Source: the human T2T-CHM13v2.0 reference genome, Homo sapiens
Assembly: GCF_009914755.1 (NCBI RefSeq)
Contig: NC_060927.1
Direction: 5' to 3' (one strand)
DNA: 64,000 nt
A program made the position numbers and the translations under genes. Of this stretch, positions 28,751 to 42,565 are shown one piece after another. Each line of letters starts with the position of its first letter. Position 1 is the first letter of the stretch. The notes beneath the pieces are model-generated. The model worked only from the letters and a program-made list of their open reading frames with translations. It searched no databases and was not told the origin of the DNA.

Positions 28751-28907
28751 TATTTTTTATTTATTTATTTGTTTGTTTGTTTATTTATTTGGAGATCAGA
28801 TCTCATCATGTTGACCAGACTGGTCTCTAACACCTGGCCTCAAGCAATCCTCCCATCTCGGCCTCCCAAAGTGCTGGGATTACAGGCGTGAGCCACCATG
28901 CCTGGCC
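28751..28907 (-). mobile_element. FLAM_C / Alu left monomer
   Basis: TSD CACTGAACATCT at 28738-28749 and 28907-28918. Confidence 0.88.
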
Positions 28908-30608
28908 ACTGAACATCTTTAGTCAATAGTTCATGTTAATTTGCCTACAAGTTTTATACTTATATAGATTATCTACATAAGTGAGGGTAATAGAAGTATA
29001 TGTCAACTATTATTACCAACAATCATATTTATTGATCTGTTTTAGTGTCCCAGTGCACCTTACAATTTCTTCCCAAACTCAATGTCTTGCTAGTCCCATA
29101 CAGGATGTGGCAAGGCCAAATTGGCTACAAAGGGCCCAGACAGGGATCTGAGATTAATCAGAGTTTGGGGCAGGCAAGTAGTAGAATCTAGGGAGTTTCA
29201 GCTAATGCAGGCAGTTGAGAAGCAGACACCCGGGCAGAGTCTAGAGTCTAGTCCGCAGGGTGAGCAAGAATAGAATGGCTAAATTGAAATGGCTATTGAG
29301 GATCCAAATCCACAGATGATTTTGTTCCCACTCTGTATAGGTAAACTTGGACCTACAGTCTTTCACCATTATAGTAAGCCCTGACAATATAATAATTATT
29401 AGGACTACTTTATCCCCAAGAATGAAATATCTAGGAATTGAAAAAATTTGGAATTGGTATTTGTCAGATTTTGAAGTCTCAGTCCAGGTTTAAACTCCAC
29501 TTCTGTAACCTTACTTGTTCAAATTCCTTTGTTATGTATCTAACTTTTGGTATCTACATAACCTACATGATACTGGTTCTAAGAGGTTAAAGTAAACTCC
29601 TGAGGTTTTGCATACAGGAAAGGAAAGACGTTTAACAGACTTATACAAGAATTACCATGGTCCTACTGTTCCCGCCCAGTGGGGGACCTTTTTTAGTTCA
29701 GACTCAAACTGCAAATTACTTTCCCATCACAAAAATAAGTGAAATAAAGCCCCTCACATTGCAGCATGCATGTAGAATACAGAGGCAATACATAGAGTAT
29801 TGAAAAAGAAGCCGAAGCTGCAATCCAGTAAACAAAAAGAGAATCCATTTCCAAGAGAATAAAATGGAATAAGCAGAAGGCATTAAACAGGAAGCACTGG
29901 ATAGAAGCCACCTCCTTCAAAGACAATTGATAATGTCTCTATATTGACAATAAACTCAGAGCAATGATAGAATTTTTTAAAAACCCTTTTGTAATGGGTC
30001 ATTAAGACAACGAATTAAGGATATAACTTTCCTAGCACAGATAGGCACAAGACAGGAGACATGTGCAGAACAACACAGACAACTCAAGAAAAGAAAACAG
30101 GTCAGAAATAAGTCTTTAGCTTATCGTGGTTAAATGATTCAATAATAACTTTAAAAAGAAGATGTGAACATTAATTTCTGGATTAGTTCATTATTCATGC
30201 CTTATTATGAACACCACAGAATACTTTTATATAGTTCTCATTTCAAAATATACGCTTAACAATTTCCAATTAATTTCTCCTATTGCTGCTAAATTTTTCA
30301 AGTTAAAAACTCTCCAATCTCCATATAGATAATTTATCAGTACTAAATGGACCCACTTAATTATTTTGACCAAGATATTGCTGCCCAGAGAATCAAATGA
30401 GTTAAGGAATTTATCATACACGTTGGGCTTTCGTGGTGAGGAATAGAGAACAGCAATACATTTCATGTTATTCAGGTGGAAGTGCAAGGTTCTTCCAATT
30501 GCACAGTAGACACTTGACCTCTGGCAACTAAGTGAATTCCAGTCTCCACAAAATGCTGATTCTGAAGCTTTTTTAAAAACCCTCTTTTAAGCCCATATTC
30601 ATCTCCAG

Positions 30609-30681
30609 CTACTTTTCTTTGACTGACTTTTCCTCTATACAAAATGTTGGTAAGTTGCCAGATTGGAATAAGTTGAAGAGC
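30609..30681 (-). other. Candidate exon (acceptor at 30681; 3' end unknown, shown to the in-frame TAG)
   Basis: Minus-strand CTGTTCTCTCTCTTTATCTTTTTCTGCATCTCCCACAG|GCTC with a long AG-free pyrimidine tract. Confidence 0.3.
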
Positions 30682-31149
30682 CTGTGGGAGATGCAGAAAA
30701 AGATAAAGAGAGAGAACAGGCAAGTCTCACTAGACATTTTGTATGAAGGAGGGCATTAAGACCAATCTGCTATGCTACAATTTGACAGTGGCTACATTCT
30801 TTGCCTAAAGCCACACTAAGTGTCTCCTAAGACTCATCAATATACTTCCTTTTTTAATTTCATGTGCTCTTCAACTACTTATTCTGATATAGAAACTGTA
30901 GACTTTGGGAAAATGAAACTGCTGTCAAATCACAGCATAACAGGGAGGGAGGCAGGATCTTTCTCTTCTCTCATTGGCTTAACCCAGTATCAAGCCAGAA
31001 GCAAGGGAGCCCGGCTGATGTAATTCATAATATCTTATTCCCAGGGCACAGAGTAGCATGGAGAAGCATGGACAGACAAACAGAGAGTAGCCATAATTCT
31101 CCCTCAGTTTTATCTTTAGTCCGACAACTCTCCTCAACGGTAATTTTAT

Positions 31150-32630
<1,481 letters not shown>

Positions 32631-33028
32631 GGAAATAGTCAACGTTAATCCTGCACTTGGCAAGCACTGTCATTCCAGCTGGGAGGTCTTTGGTGTTGGC
32701 TAATAATACAAGAGACTGAGACATGAAATACAAAGTAAAAACTGAATTTTTAATTATTTCAAGATTTGTGTAAATAAGAAACTCTATTCAAGCAGTCCCT
32801 TGGGTGGGCCCTGCCTCAGGCATGCTGGGACCTCAGCACCCCAGGCCAGAAGGAAAGAGGAAGAGCCCAGGGCCTACAGCACACATCAGTGCAGGGCCCA
32901 CTGTAAGGTGAGGAGCTCAGGAAAACAGTCCAAGATGCTTAGGTTAACACTTGGGCGCTCAGAGTTGACAGAAAGGTTAACACAGAGTTCAGTTCCTGTT
33001 AGAGCAGTCCTGCAGGGGTTTGCCATAC

Positions 33029-33077
33029 CTGTCAGTGAGCTGTAAAGACTTTCCAATCAGATAATACACACGAGAGC
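33029..33077 (-). other. Candidate 49-nt internal exon
   Basis: Minus strand: branch-like TTGAC, TTTCCTTTCCGTCTTCTCTCTAG|GCTC ... CAG|GTATGG; only one frame is open. Confidence 0.4.
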
Positions 33078-34850
33078 CTAGAGAGAAGACGGAAAGGAAA
33101 CTAGTCAAACTGGCTGTCCGATCAAACTGGCTGTCTTTACATGGGTGAGTGCTTTTGTCGCAGGGAAACCATTTGTGCATCTCAATGTTCCTCACGCGGA
33201 TGCCAGCATTCTTTTTTTCACTTCCAAAATGTTTTCCAGCTCCCATGTAAATCTGGTCTATAATTCAGCAAAATTATTTTTAGGAAGATAACACACTGTT
33301 TCATCTTTGAGCCTAAAGTGAATAAAAGTTTTAAAAACTTGTTTTGGAAATAATATAATGACTTCTCTGTATCTGAATATACCATGTAACTATGGGTGAA
33401 AAACAAAACCTGCAGCTAACAACTATAATTTGTAAGGTTGCATTGTTAGCCTGAGGAGCTGCCAAGGATGTTTGGAACTAGGAATTTTTTAAACGCCGTG
33501 ACAACTGGTATTCTTTAACATCAGATAAATTAATTTTATCTATCTACACAAAATTATCAAGTCTCAGACTCCCTGGCAAGTTGTATTTTGTTTGTTGTTT
33601 GTGAGACTTTTCAAGTTTTTATTCATTTTTTATGTCTATGGTACTCCTACCTTCATGTGACCATTTTCAGTTATTTGTAGAGCCTGACGGGACGCATACA
33701 GCATGCATACAGAGAGTGAAGGAAAGAAAGAACAGACCCAGGAAATGCCTTTCCTCAGAGGCATGATAATGCCAAGGCTCAGACTTGACTTTGCAGTTTT
33801 CCAAACTTGTCTCTGTTTCCATTAGCAACTGTGAAATACAACCAGCACAGTGTTTCACATTGAGACTGCTTTTGCCAGGAGGTTGCATAATTAGATTGAA
33901 TGTGCTTAATCTCTCCTAGAGCTAAAACATGGAAAGATTTCATTTGATGAATTAGAAAAAAATAAACAGTGGAAAGTATTTAAAACAAGCATTTGTGGGT
34001 TTCTAACATCAATACATAATGTCTTTTCCTGGTTTGGTTTCAGAAGTTGCACATCAAAACTGCTATATCTAATGGTGAGGTTTGTAGAAAAAGTTGTTGC
34101 AGTTGCTTCTTACAATGGGAGCCAGAATTAAAAAACCATTGCACCATAATATCGCTCATTAGAGAATCAGGGGAAGAAAACAAAGCTATCTCATTCAGTA
34201 AATGACCTGTGATACTGAGGCATTATGTTTGGCCTGATGGGGGAGAAGTGAACCAAAGTCGTGCCTCTATGAGCTTGCAACTGATTAAGAAAAATTTTAG
34301 CGTTAAAAATAATACATAATGTAACTGTGACTATTTTACATGTCTTAAGATTGTCAAATTCCTTTGTGCTGACAAGGATTAGAGATTTCTCACAAAAAAA
34401 TGTCAGTTGAGCTGAACCTTAAAAGAAATAAATAAATGCACAGAGGCAAGAAGCACAAATACCATCTAATTCCTGCTCTAGTCTAAAATTCCACTGCAAC
34501 CATGATCAAAGTATCCACTTTGAAAACAACAAGTAGGTTTTCTGAGTGTTTTAAACTCTATTTATTTTTTATTTTCTATTAAGTTTAAATACCAGAACTG
34601 GTACTAACTCTAATCGCCTAAACTAATACATAGATTCCCATCCTTCAAGGTAACTAAAGAGATTGGTTTTGTTTTCTTTTAAATTTCACAGTCACATAGG
34701 TATAGTTTTTGTTTTTATTTGTTTTACCACAGGTAAGGATTAAATCAGGCTGAAATATGCTGGTTTTAAAAGCTTTACTTATCACACTTTCATCTGAAAA
34801 TAGCTTCACCATCAAATACTTCCTCTTCCATATACCTAATGTGTAGTTAC

Positions 34851-34930
34851 CTCCCACTAGATACCATTTCTGCCAAGAAGCTAAAAGGTCCTTACTCCCT
34901 TCAGACCTGTTCATCCCAACACAGTCTTTC
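34851..34930 (-). other. Candidate 80-nt (cryptic) exon after a (TG)n tract
   Basis: Minus strand: (TG)n-TCTAG|GAAAG ... GAG|GTAACT. Confidence 0.25.
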
Positions 34931-34933
34931 CTA

Positions 34934-34934
<1 letters not shown>

Positions 34935-34970
<36 letters not shown>

Positions 34971-34975
34971 ACACA
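34935..34975. repeat. (CA)n microsatellite
   Basis: (AC)15, TC, then ACACACACA. Confidence 0.97.
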
Positions 34976-35428
34976 TTGTGGGAAAAGGAATAAAACTCTG
35001 CCCCCAGATATCTCCTCATTTTCATGAAGCTATCCCCTGAAAGCCCATAGAATATTGCATTATGAAGAGTGACGGTGTGTTAACTTCACACATTCTGATA
35101 AGCTCAGACTTATAAAACCACCTCCTGATGACTGACTCCTCTCTCTCTGTGTATATATATATATACACAGAGACAGATATAGCTATAGAGTAGTTGCCCA
35201 ATTTCTCTTGACTGCCTCAGACGTAGAGAACTCAGCATGTTCCACGTAAGCCTTTTTACAAGTACTAATTTCTTCAGTTAGCTATCATTCAACAAACAAC
35301 AGTACCTGTCATAATTTCATACTTTTTAATTTTGAAATAAGATTATCTGGGGGTGGGACCTAAAGCATCAAGATTTTGACAGCTCCCAGACATAATATTC
35401 AACCAAGGAAGCTCCAAGAGAATGGGAT

Positions 35429-36058
35429 TGTTGTAGGAGTTACTAAGAAATTATTTTAGGCAGATAGAGAGGAAAAGGGGTCCTTGGGAAGTTTTAATTT
35501 TTAAAGCATCCCCAGAAAAGTTTCTTGTAAAGCCCTGGCTCTTAGAACCAGGCCGGCAAACTTTGATATGCAAATGCAGGCCATTAGAAACTGGGTCCAC
35601 CCAACATTGCAATTCCCGTGCCCTTCTTGCCCTTGCCCCACATGTGCCTGGAAGCATGGTCGCCCCCACATATCCCTGCGTGTGTGGAACATCATGGCGC
35701 CTTGAATTTGCATATTAAAAGGCTAGGCTGGGAGGGCCAGTTTTTTGTGGGCTACGTGAATGACATGCCTGGTCAAACCAATCCCCTGAGCCCTATGCAA
35801 ATCAGACACCACCTCCTCCAGCCATGGAATACAGCTGGTTGATATTACCTGAAAGCAGGGTTCTGTCTGTCTCTTGACTTTGGAGCCTCCCTCCCTCTGT
35901 CTCTGCGCAGGGGAGCTGCTTCTTTCTTTCTTCCCCCTTCTTTCTTGCCTATTAAACTCCCTGCTCCTTAAAACTACTCCACGTGTGTCCGTGTTGGTTT
36001 TTCTAATTCGACTCGAGAGGAAGAACCTGGTGTTCCTCCACTCATTGGAGCTGTATCA
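35429..36058 (+). mobile_element. ERV1-class solo LTR (MER83/MER84/LTR29-like; exact family uncertain)
   Basis: TG...CA ends, 4-bp TSD GGAT at 35425-35428 and 36059-36062, ATTAAA poly(A) signal. Confidence 0.85.
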
Positions 36059-36967
36059 GGATCATGTCTGTCACTCTGTCTTGTTTGTTTAGCGGTCGAC
36101 CACTAGCCCGTGCGCAGTGCCTGGGCATGGGAGGCTCTTTTTAAAATGATTCATCAAATTGTCATTAATGAAACTAGTACATGGTTAATTAATAGAAATA
36201 GTTCATTGATTGAGGTGACAGAAAGAGAGTCTCAGTAGAGTGGGAACAATTATTTGAAAAGTCTCATAATTCTGATGACATAATCAACCTGCACTCTTCC
36301 ACTGTCATAGCTGGGAATCACTAAATTGGACTACACAATGTTAGAACTGGAAGGGCCTTAGAGATGACTTGGTCATTGGCTTTCAGCTTGGAATCTGCCA
36401 AGCCCTCGAGTTTCTTAGTGGGACCTCAAGGGTGGGTAAGGTGGTGAGGGGAAGGCCAAGCCAGTGGGGACCCAGCTTCCATGTCATCTCTCCAACAGAG
36501 GAACTTTGCTTTTATTCCTTCATTCAGCAACTACTTGCTGAGTATATACATTTCACCAGGTTTATGGTTATGCTAAGGACACAGGAATGAGAAAAAAAAT
36601 TGCCTTTCTTATAACTCACAATTGTACATGGTTTATTTGTTGAGTTCTACATAAGATTTCTTCTGAAAAAGAGCTCTTTGATAGCTAGATAGATAACGCA
36701 GATATGTAAACAAACTAAAGGCCTACTTCTTCACTTTATAGATAAACTGAGATTAAATGAATTACTGAATTAACGGTCAAAAACATGTCAGAACCAAGAC
36801 CGAACTCTACTTCCTCTGTCACCAAGCCCAGTGGTCTATCCATATGACATTTCACATTATAGAAGTAGTGGTTTCATGAAAGAACTGAGACTACATACAA
36901 GAACAGATCCTTACCATCTCCCTCATGGAGTTTAGAGTTCCGTAAAAATGGAACTGCCAGTAGCTCG

Positions 36968-37330
36968 GTATATTGGTCAGCATAACTGGTTGCAAGTACC
37001 TAAAACACCAACTCAAACTGGATTGAACCATACAGAGAACTTATTGATTCATGTAACTGAAAAGTCCAAAAGGAGGTACAGTTTCAGAAGATTGATCCAA
37101 TGGTTCATACAATGTGACTAGAACATAGTTGCTTCCTCTTGTTCCTCAGCAATATTTCCTTAGCAATGGCTCCATTCCCAACAGGCATTCTCCTTGAAGT
37201 CTCAAGAAGGTGTCCAGGCTACATGTTTTCAGTAGAAAAGAGAAAATCTGCTTACCAGAACTGGAATCCCAGAACATAATCTTATTGATCTGAATTCATC
37301 TGTACCTATCTGGGCTAATATGCTGATGGG
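36968..37330 (-). mobile_element. Old MLT1-type LTR
   Basis: GGTTGCAAGTACC...CAACTCAAACTGG...TTATTGATTCATGTAACTGAAAAGTCC. Confidence 0.55.
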
Positions 37331-39279
37331 CTTAAGGTGACTGAGAACTCTGAATCTGATTGTATCTGAATCTAACTGAGCAACCCAGTTAGCCAATGAG
37401 AATTCTAATGAGAAATCTAAACTTTTAAAGTTTATTAAACATTCAAACATGAACACTAAAACATAATAGTGCTAGTGTTTCCGGATGTGTTTTTCTTTGC
37501 TATAATATTACATATTGTTCAAATTTGTATAAGATAATATTTAAATGACGAGTGTAAAAAGTTTGCAATACACATTTGACTCTTGTACATCCAAAGATGC
37601 TTTGTCTTGGTTATACGGTGGTTGATAAATAAAAACTGTAGGCTTATTCACAACCTTTCCTCAAACTTATGTACTTGAGCTGAGTCCTAAATAGCCACAA
37701 ACAAAATATGCTATTCTTGCTTATAAGTACTATTTTAAAAGTAAAAGATGGCACACTTGGTGTGAATGCTCAGTTGTTGCTTTTAATTATAAATACATTT
37801 GGAGTTATATTTTTTGTGTTGGTATGAAACAATGTGTTTTCATGAAGCTAACATTAAGTTTACACTGACCCCACTGATAGCATCTGCCATCTCGTCTTCT
37901 GAAATTATAACATTTCTGAGATTGTATGAATTGGTAGAAATTATTTTATGTGTATGTGTACAATGATAAGTGATTTTTAAATTTTACTTTCTCCATTATA
38001 TTTCTTAGGCTTCTCTTAAGCCAACAGTTCAAATTTGAGAAAAAAGTAGTATCATTACCTACTCATAATATTTGTGAAGATATTTATATGATGGAAATTA
38101 TAAAGAAGATGACCCATCTTCATTTATTCCTATCTCCTAGTCAAACTTTTTTTTCATAATTTTTTTTTGGTCTGGCATTGTCACATAATGACTGAAAAAG
38201 TGCCTCTTATGATCTTCACACCTGATAAATGAATGAGTGACTGGATATACTGTAGAGTGTCAGAGTGTTTAGGGAAGCCTAGCACAATCTATGGAAGATT
38301 GTACCGAGGAATGTTTGTTCACTATTTGATTGACTCTATGGTGAAGATGTAATAATAGTTGACATTGCAAACACAATGTGCTTTGCATGTTTTCACACAT
38401 TCAAATCTTCACAATAACCTTATGAGGTTATTATCTTAATTTCACAGATGAGGATTATTAACACAAAGAGGCTAATTTTCTCACATGCCTCTTCTAAATG
38501 TCTGTTTTTATTCTCATCTGTCTAATCTGTCTACTATGATTCTCTCAAAGCATAGAAAATTGGTTCTCAACCCTGCTCCCCATGAGGTAAACAGGATATG
38601 TTTTTAAATAATGATTATCTTAAAATACAAAAGACCAATGATAGAAACTACAGGTGAAGATGAGGAGCAACTGCAATTTCCATCTTTGACAAATAGGAAT
38701 GTAAATAGGTACAACCACATTGGGACAAACAATTTAATCTAACAAATTATTTGGCATATGGTAAGTAAATGGGCAGATTACCTCCACTGCTTTGATTTGC
38801 ATTTATTTTGACTGTGAATAATGTCTGGTTCTGAGTAGCTCTTGGGAACTACCAGACACTCCTGCTAGCACCCCAGAAAAGTGGGCCTTCAACCCTCTCA
38901 CTGCTGACACAGCTGACACTCCTTTGATCCAACGTTTTTCAATCTTCCCTGCTCTCAGATGCCTTATTTTCTGTTTTCTGCCCTAAGCTCCTCTAGATCT
39001 GATACTCAGTGCTACTATGACCATTCCTTTCCTTCTGTTACTTGTGCTTTCCCTCCAACTGACTGGCCTCAGTGGTTCTGGGCGAACTTTCTCCTACGCC
39101 CCTACCCGGGCCCAACTCATTCATGGCTAGTGTTTCCCTGGGATCAACCCATGGGTCCAGGTCTCTCTTCTCAGAACAGCCTAGAGACAGTTGAGTTTCA
39201 CAGTAATTTCTTGGCAGAACTACTCTAGTAAGAAGGATCATCTGCCAGGCTTTATGTGAGACCCGGACATGAATCCTGA

Positions 39280-41560
39280 TAGTTGGTGCAAAAGTAGTCG
39301 CGGTTTCAGACCCTGAATTTTAAATTATTATAACTAGGCTCAAACACATCTTTATTAATGAAAATACAAACCATTACAATTAAAACATTTTTGCCAATGA
39401 GAAATAAGTTTGTTTATTCCTGTAGCATAAAAATCCATGCTTAGGGATTCAACAAACTCTTGGAAAGCATTTTCTGCATCCTGCTGGTTGTGGAAGCGTT
39501 CTCCCTGAAAAATGTTGTCAAGATGCTTGAAGAAGTGGTTGGAGAAAGGTCAGGTGAATATGGCACATGAGGCAAAATTTCGTAGCCCAATTTATTCAAC
39601 TTTTGAAGCATTCATTGTGCCAATGTATGGTCAGGCGTTGTCCTGGAGAAAAATTGGGCCCTTTCTGTTGACCAATGCTAGCTGCAGGCTTTGCAGTTTT
39701 TGGTGCATCTCATCAATTTGCTGAGCATACTTCTCAGATGTAATGGTTCCACCAGGATTCAGAAAGCTGTAGTGAATCAGACCGGCAGCAGACCACCAAA
39801 CAGTGACCATGACCCTTCTTTGGTAAAAGTTTGGTGTTGGGAAGTGCTTTGAAGCTTCTTCTTGGTCCAACCACTGAACTGATCATTGCTGGTTGTCGTA
39901 TAAAATCTACTTTCGTCGCACGTCATAATCCGATTGAGAAATGGTTCATTGCTGCTGTGTAGAATAAGAGAAGATGACACTTCAAAATGACGATTTTTAA
40001 AAATTTTTGGTCAGCTCATGGGGCATCCATTTATTGAGGTTTTTCACCTAATTTCCTTCAAATGCCAAATGATGGTAGAATGCTCAACACTGAATTCTTC
40101 AGGCACTTCTCCTGTAGTTGTAAGAGGATCCGCTTCGATTATTGCTCTCAATTGGTCGTTGTCAACTTCCTACGGCCAGCCACTATGCTCTTCATCTTCA
40201 AGGCTCTCGTCTCTTTTACTAAACTTCTTGAACCACCACTGCACTGTGTATTTGTTAGCAATTCCTGGGCCAAATGTGATGTTGATGTTGCAAGTTGTCT
40301 CCACTGCTTTATGACCCATTTTGAACTTGAATAAGAAAATCGCTTGAATTTGCTTTTTGTTGTTGCGGGAAGTCAGGGACCCCAAATGAAGGGACCGGCT
40401 GAAGCCATGGCAGAAGAACGTGGATTGTGAAGATTTCATGGACATTTATTAGATCCCCAAATTAATACTTTTATAATTTCTTACGCCTGTCTTTACTGCA
40501 ATCTCTGAACATAAATTGTGAAGATTTCATGGACACTTATCACTTCCCCAATCAATACCCTTGGGATTTCTTATGCCTGTCTTTACTTTAATCTCTTAAT
40601 CCTGTCATTTTCGTAAACTGAGGAGGATGTATGTCACCTCAGCACCCTGTGATGATTGTGTTAACTGCACAAATTGTTTGTAGAACATGTGTGTTTGAAC
40701 AATATGAAATCTGGGCACCTTGAAAAAAGAACAGGATAACAGCAATGTTCAGGGAACAAGAGAGATAACCTTAAACTCTGACCACCAGTGAGCCAGGCAG
40801 AACAGAGCCATATTTCTCTTCTTTTCAAAAGTAAATGGGAGAAATATCGCTGAATTCTTTTTCTCAGCAAGGAACATCCCTGAGAAAGAGAATGCGTCCC
40901 TGAGGGTGGGCCTCTAAAATGCCCCCCTTCGGTGCGGCTGTCTTTTATGGTCCAGCTGTAGGGATGAAATAAGCCCCAGTCTCCCATAGCACTCCCAGAC
41001 TTATTAGGACGAGGAAATTCCCACCTAATAAATTTTTGTCAGACCGGATGTCTGCTCTCAAACCCTGTCTCCTGATAAGATGTTATCACTGACAACGCGT
41101 GTAGAAACTTCATTAGCAATTTTAATTTCACCCTCATCCTGTGGTCCTGTGATCTCGCCCTGCCTCCATTTGCCTTGTGATATTCTATTACCTTGTGAAG
41201 CACATGATCTCTGTGACCCACACCCTATTTGTGCACTCCTTCCCTTTCGAAAATCACTAATAAAAACTAGCTGGTTTTGTGGCTTGTGGGGCATCACGGA
41301 ACCTACTGACATGTGATGTCTCCCCCGGATGCCCAGCTTTACGATTTCTCTCTTTTGTACTCTGCCCCTTTATTTCTCAAACTGAATTTGCTTTTTGTCT
41401 AACATCATTTCCATAGTCTAAAATAAACATAAAATAAACAGCAAGTAATAAGTTATTAGCAAAAAATAGCCATAATTCCCATATATTTAAGAATGAATTC
41501 CTTTATCAAATGACAAATTCTAACAACGCAAAAACCGTAATTACTTTTGCACTCACCTAA
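39280..41560 (-). mobile_element. Hsmar1 mariner DNA transposon, near full length, dead transposase, interrupted by MER11
   Basis: TIRs GTTGGTGCAAAAGTAGTCGCGGTT and AACCGTAATTACTTTTGCACTCACCTAA followed by TA; ORF fragments KKQIQAIFLFKFKMG...TVQWWFKKF, MVTVWWSAAGLIHYSFL, PIFLQDNA. Confidence 0.95.
40361..41382 (+). mobile_element. MER11 (HERV-K11/HML-8) LTR, 3'-truncated
   Basis: TGTTGCGGGAAGTCAGGGACCCC start, internal ATTGTGAAGATTTCATGGACA repeat, AATAAA; no terminal CA. Confidence 0.92.
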
Positions 41561-41709
41561 TATTTTGGGTCTACCACAATCCTTGCTCAACATAAACTAC
41601 TCGAAATGTGTTTAATTCTATTAAACACTGATCAGAAGCTTGCATAAGTCAATTTTTAAATGTTTCTCAAAAAAACGGATTTGCTATTTTTACATGAAAA
41701 CACATCCTG

Positions 41710-42565
41710 AAAACAAACAACCCCATCAACAAGTGGGCGAAGGATATGAACAGACACTTCTCAAAAGAAGACATTTATGCAGCCAAAAGACACATGAAAA
41801 AATGCTCATCATCACTGGCCATCAGAGAAATGCAAATCAAAATCACAATGAGATACCATCTCACACCAGTTAGAATGGCGATCATTAAAAAGTCAGGAAA
41901 CAACAGGTGCTGGAGAGGATGCGGAGAAATAGGAACACTTTTACACTGTTGGTGGGACTGTAAACTAGTTCAACCATTGTGGAAGCCAGTGTGGCGATTC
42001 CTCAGGGATCTAGAACTAGAAATACCATTTGACCCAGCCATCCCATTACTGGGTATATACCCAAAGGATTATAAAACATGCCGCTATAAAGACACATGCG
42101 CACGTATGTTTATTGTGGCACTATTCACAATAGCAAAGACCTGGAACCAACCCAAATGTCCAACAATGATAGACTGGATTAAGAAAATGTGGCACATATA
42201 CACCGTGGAATACGATGCAGCCATAAAAAAGGATAAGTTCATGTCCTTTGTAGGGACATGGATGAAGCTGGAAACCATCATTCTCAGCAAACTATCGCAA
42301 GGACAAAAAACCAAACACCGCATGTTCCACTCATAGGTGGGAACTGAACAATGAGAACACATGGACACACGAAGGGGAACATCACGCACCAGGGCCTATT
42401 GTGGGGTGGGGGAAGCGGGGAGGGATAGCATTAGGAGATATACCTAATGTTAAATGACAAGCTAATGGGTGCAGCACACCAACATGGCACATGTATACAT
42501 ATGTAACAAACCTGCACGTTGTGCACATGTACCCTAAAACTTAAATATAATTAAAAAAAAAAAAA
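41710..42565 (+). mobile_element. Young L1PA (approx. PA3-5) 5'-truncated insertion
   Basis: ORF2 C-terminus, 3' UTR and poly(A); TSD GAAAACACATCCTG at 41696-41709 and 42566-42579. Confidence 0.95.
41746..42336 (+). pseudogene. L1 ORF2p C-terminal (Cys-rich domain) remnant
   Basis: [24 protein letters not shown]...[26 protein letters not shown]. Confidence 0.92.

Noticed and set aside
39631-40445. SETMAR-like peptides
   Set aside because: Frameshifted Hsmar1 transposase between TIRs, with no SET-domain exons; not the SETMAR gene
40425-40540. Direct repeat ATTGTGAAGATTTCATGGACA
   Set aside because: Intrinsic to the MER11 consensus as recalled
41746-42336. 196-aa ORF, the longest in the window
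   Set aside because: C-terminus of L1 ORF2p in a truncated L1PA insertion, not a host gene
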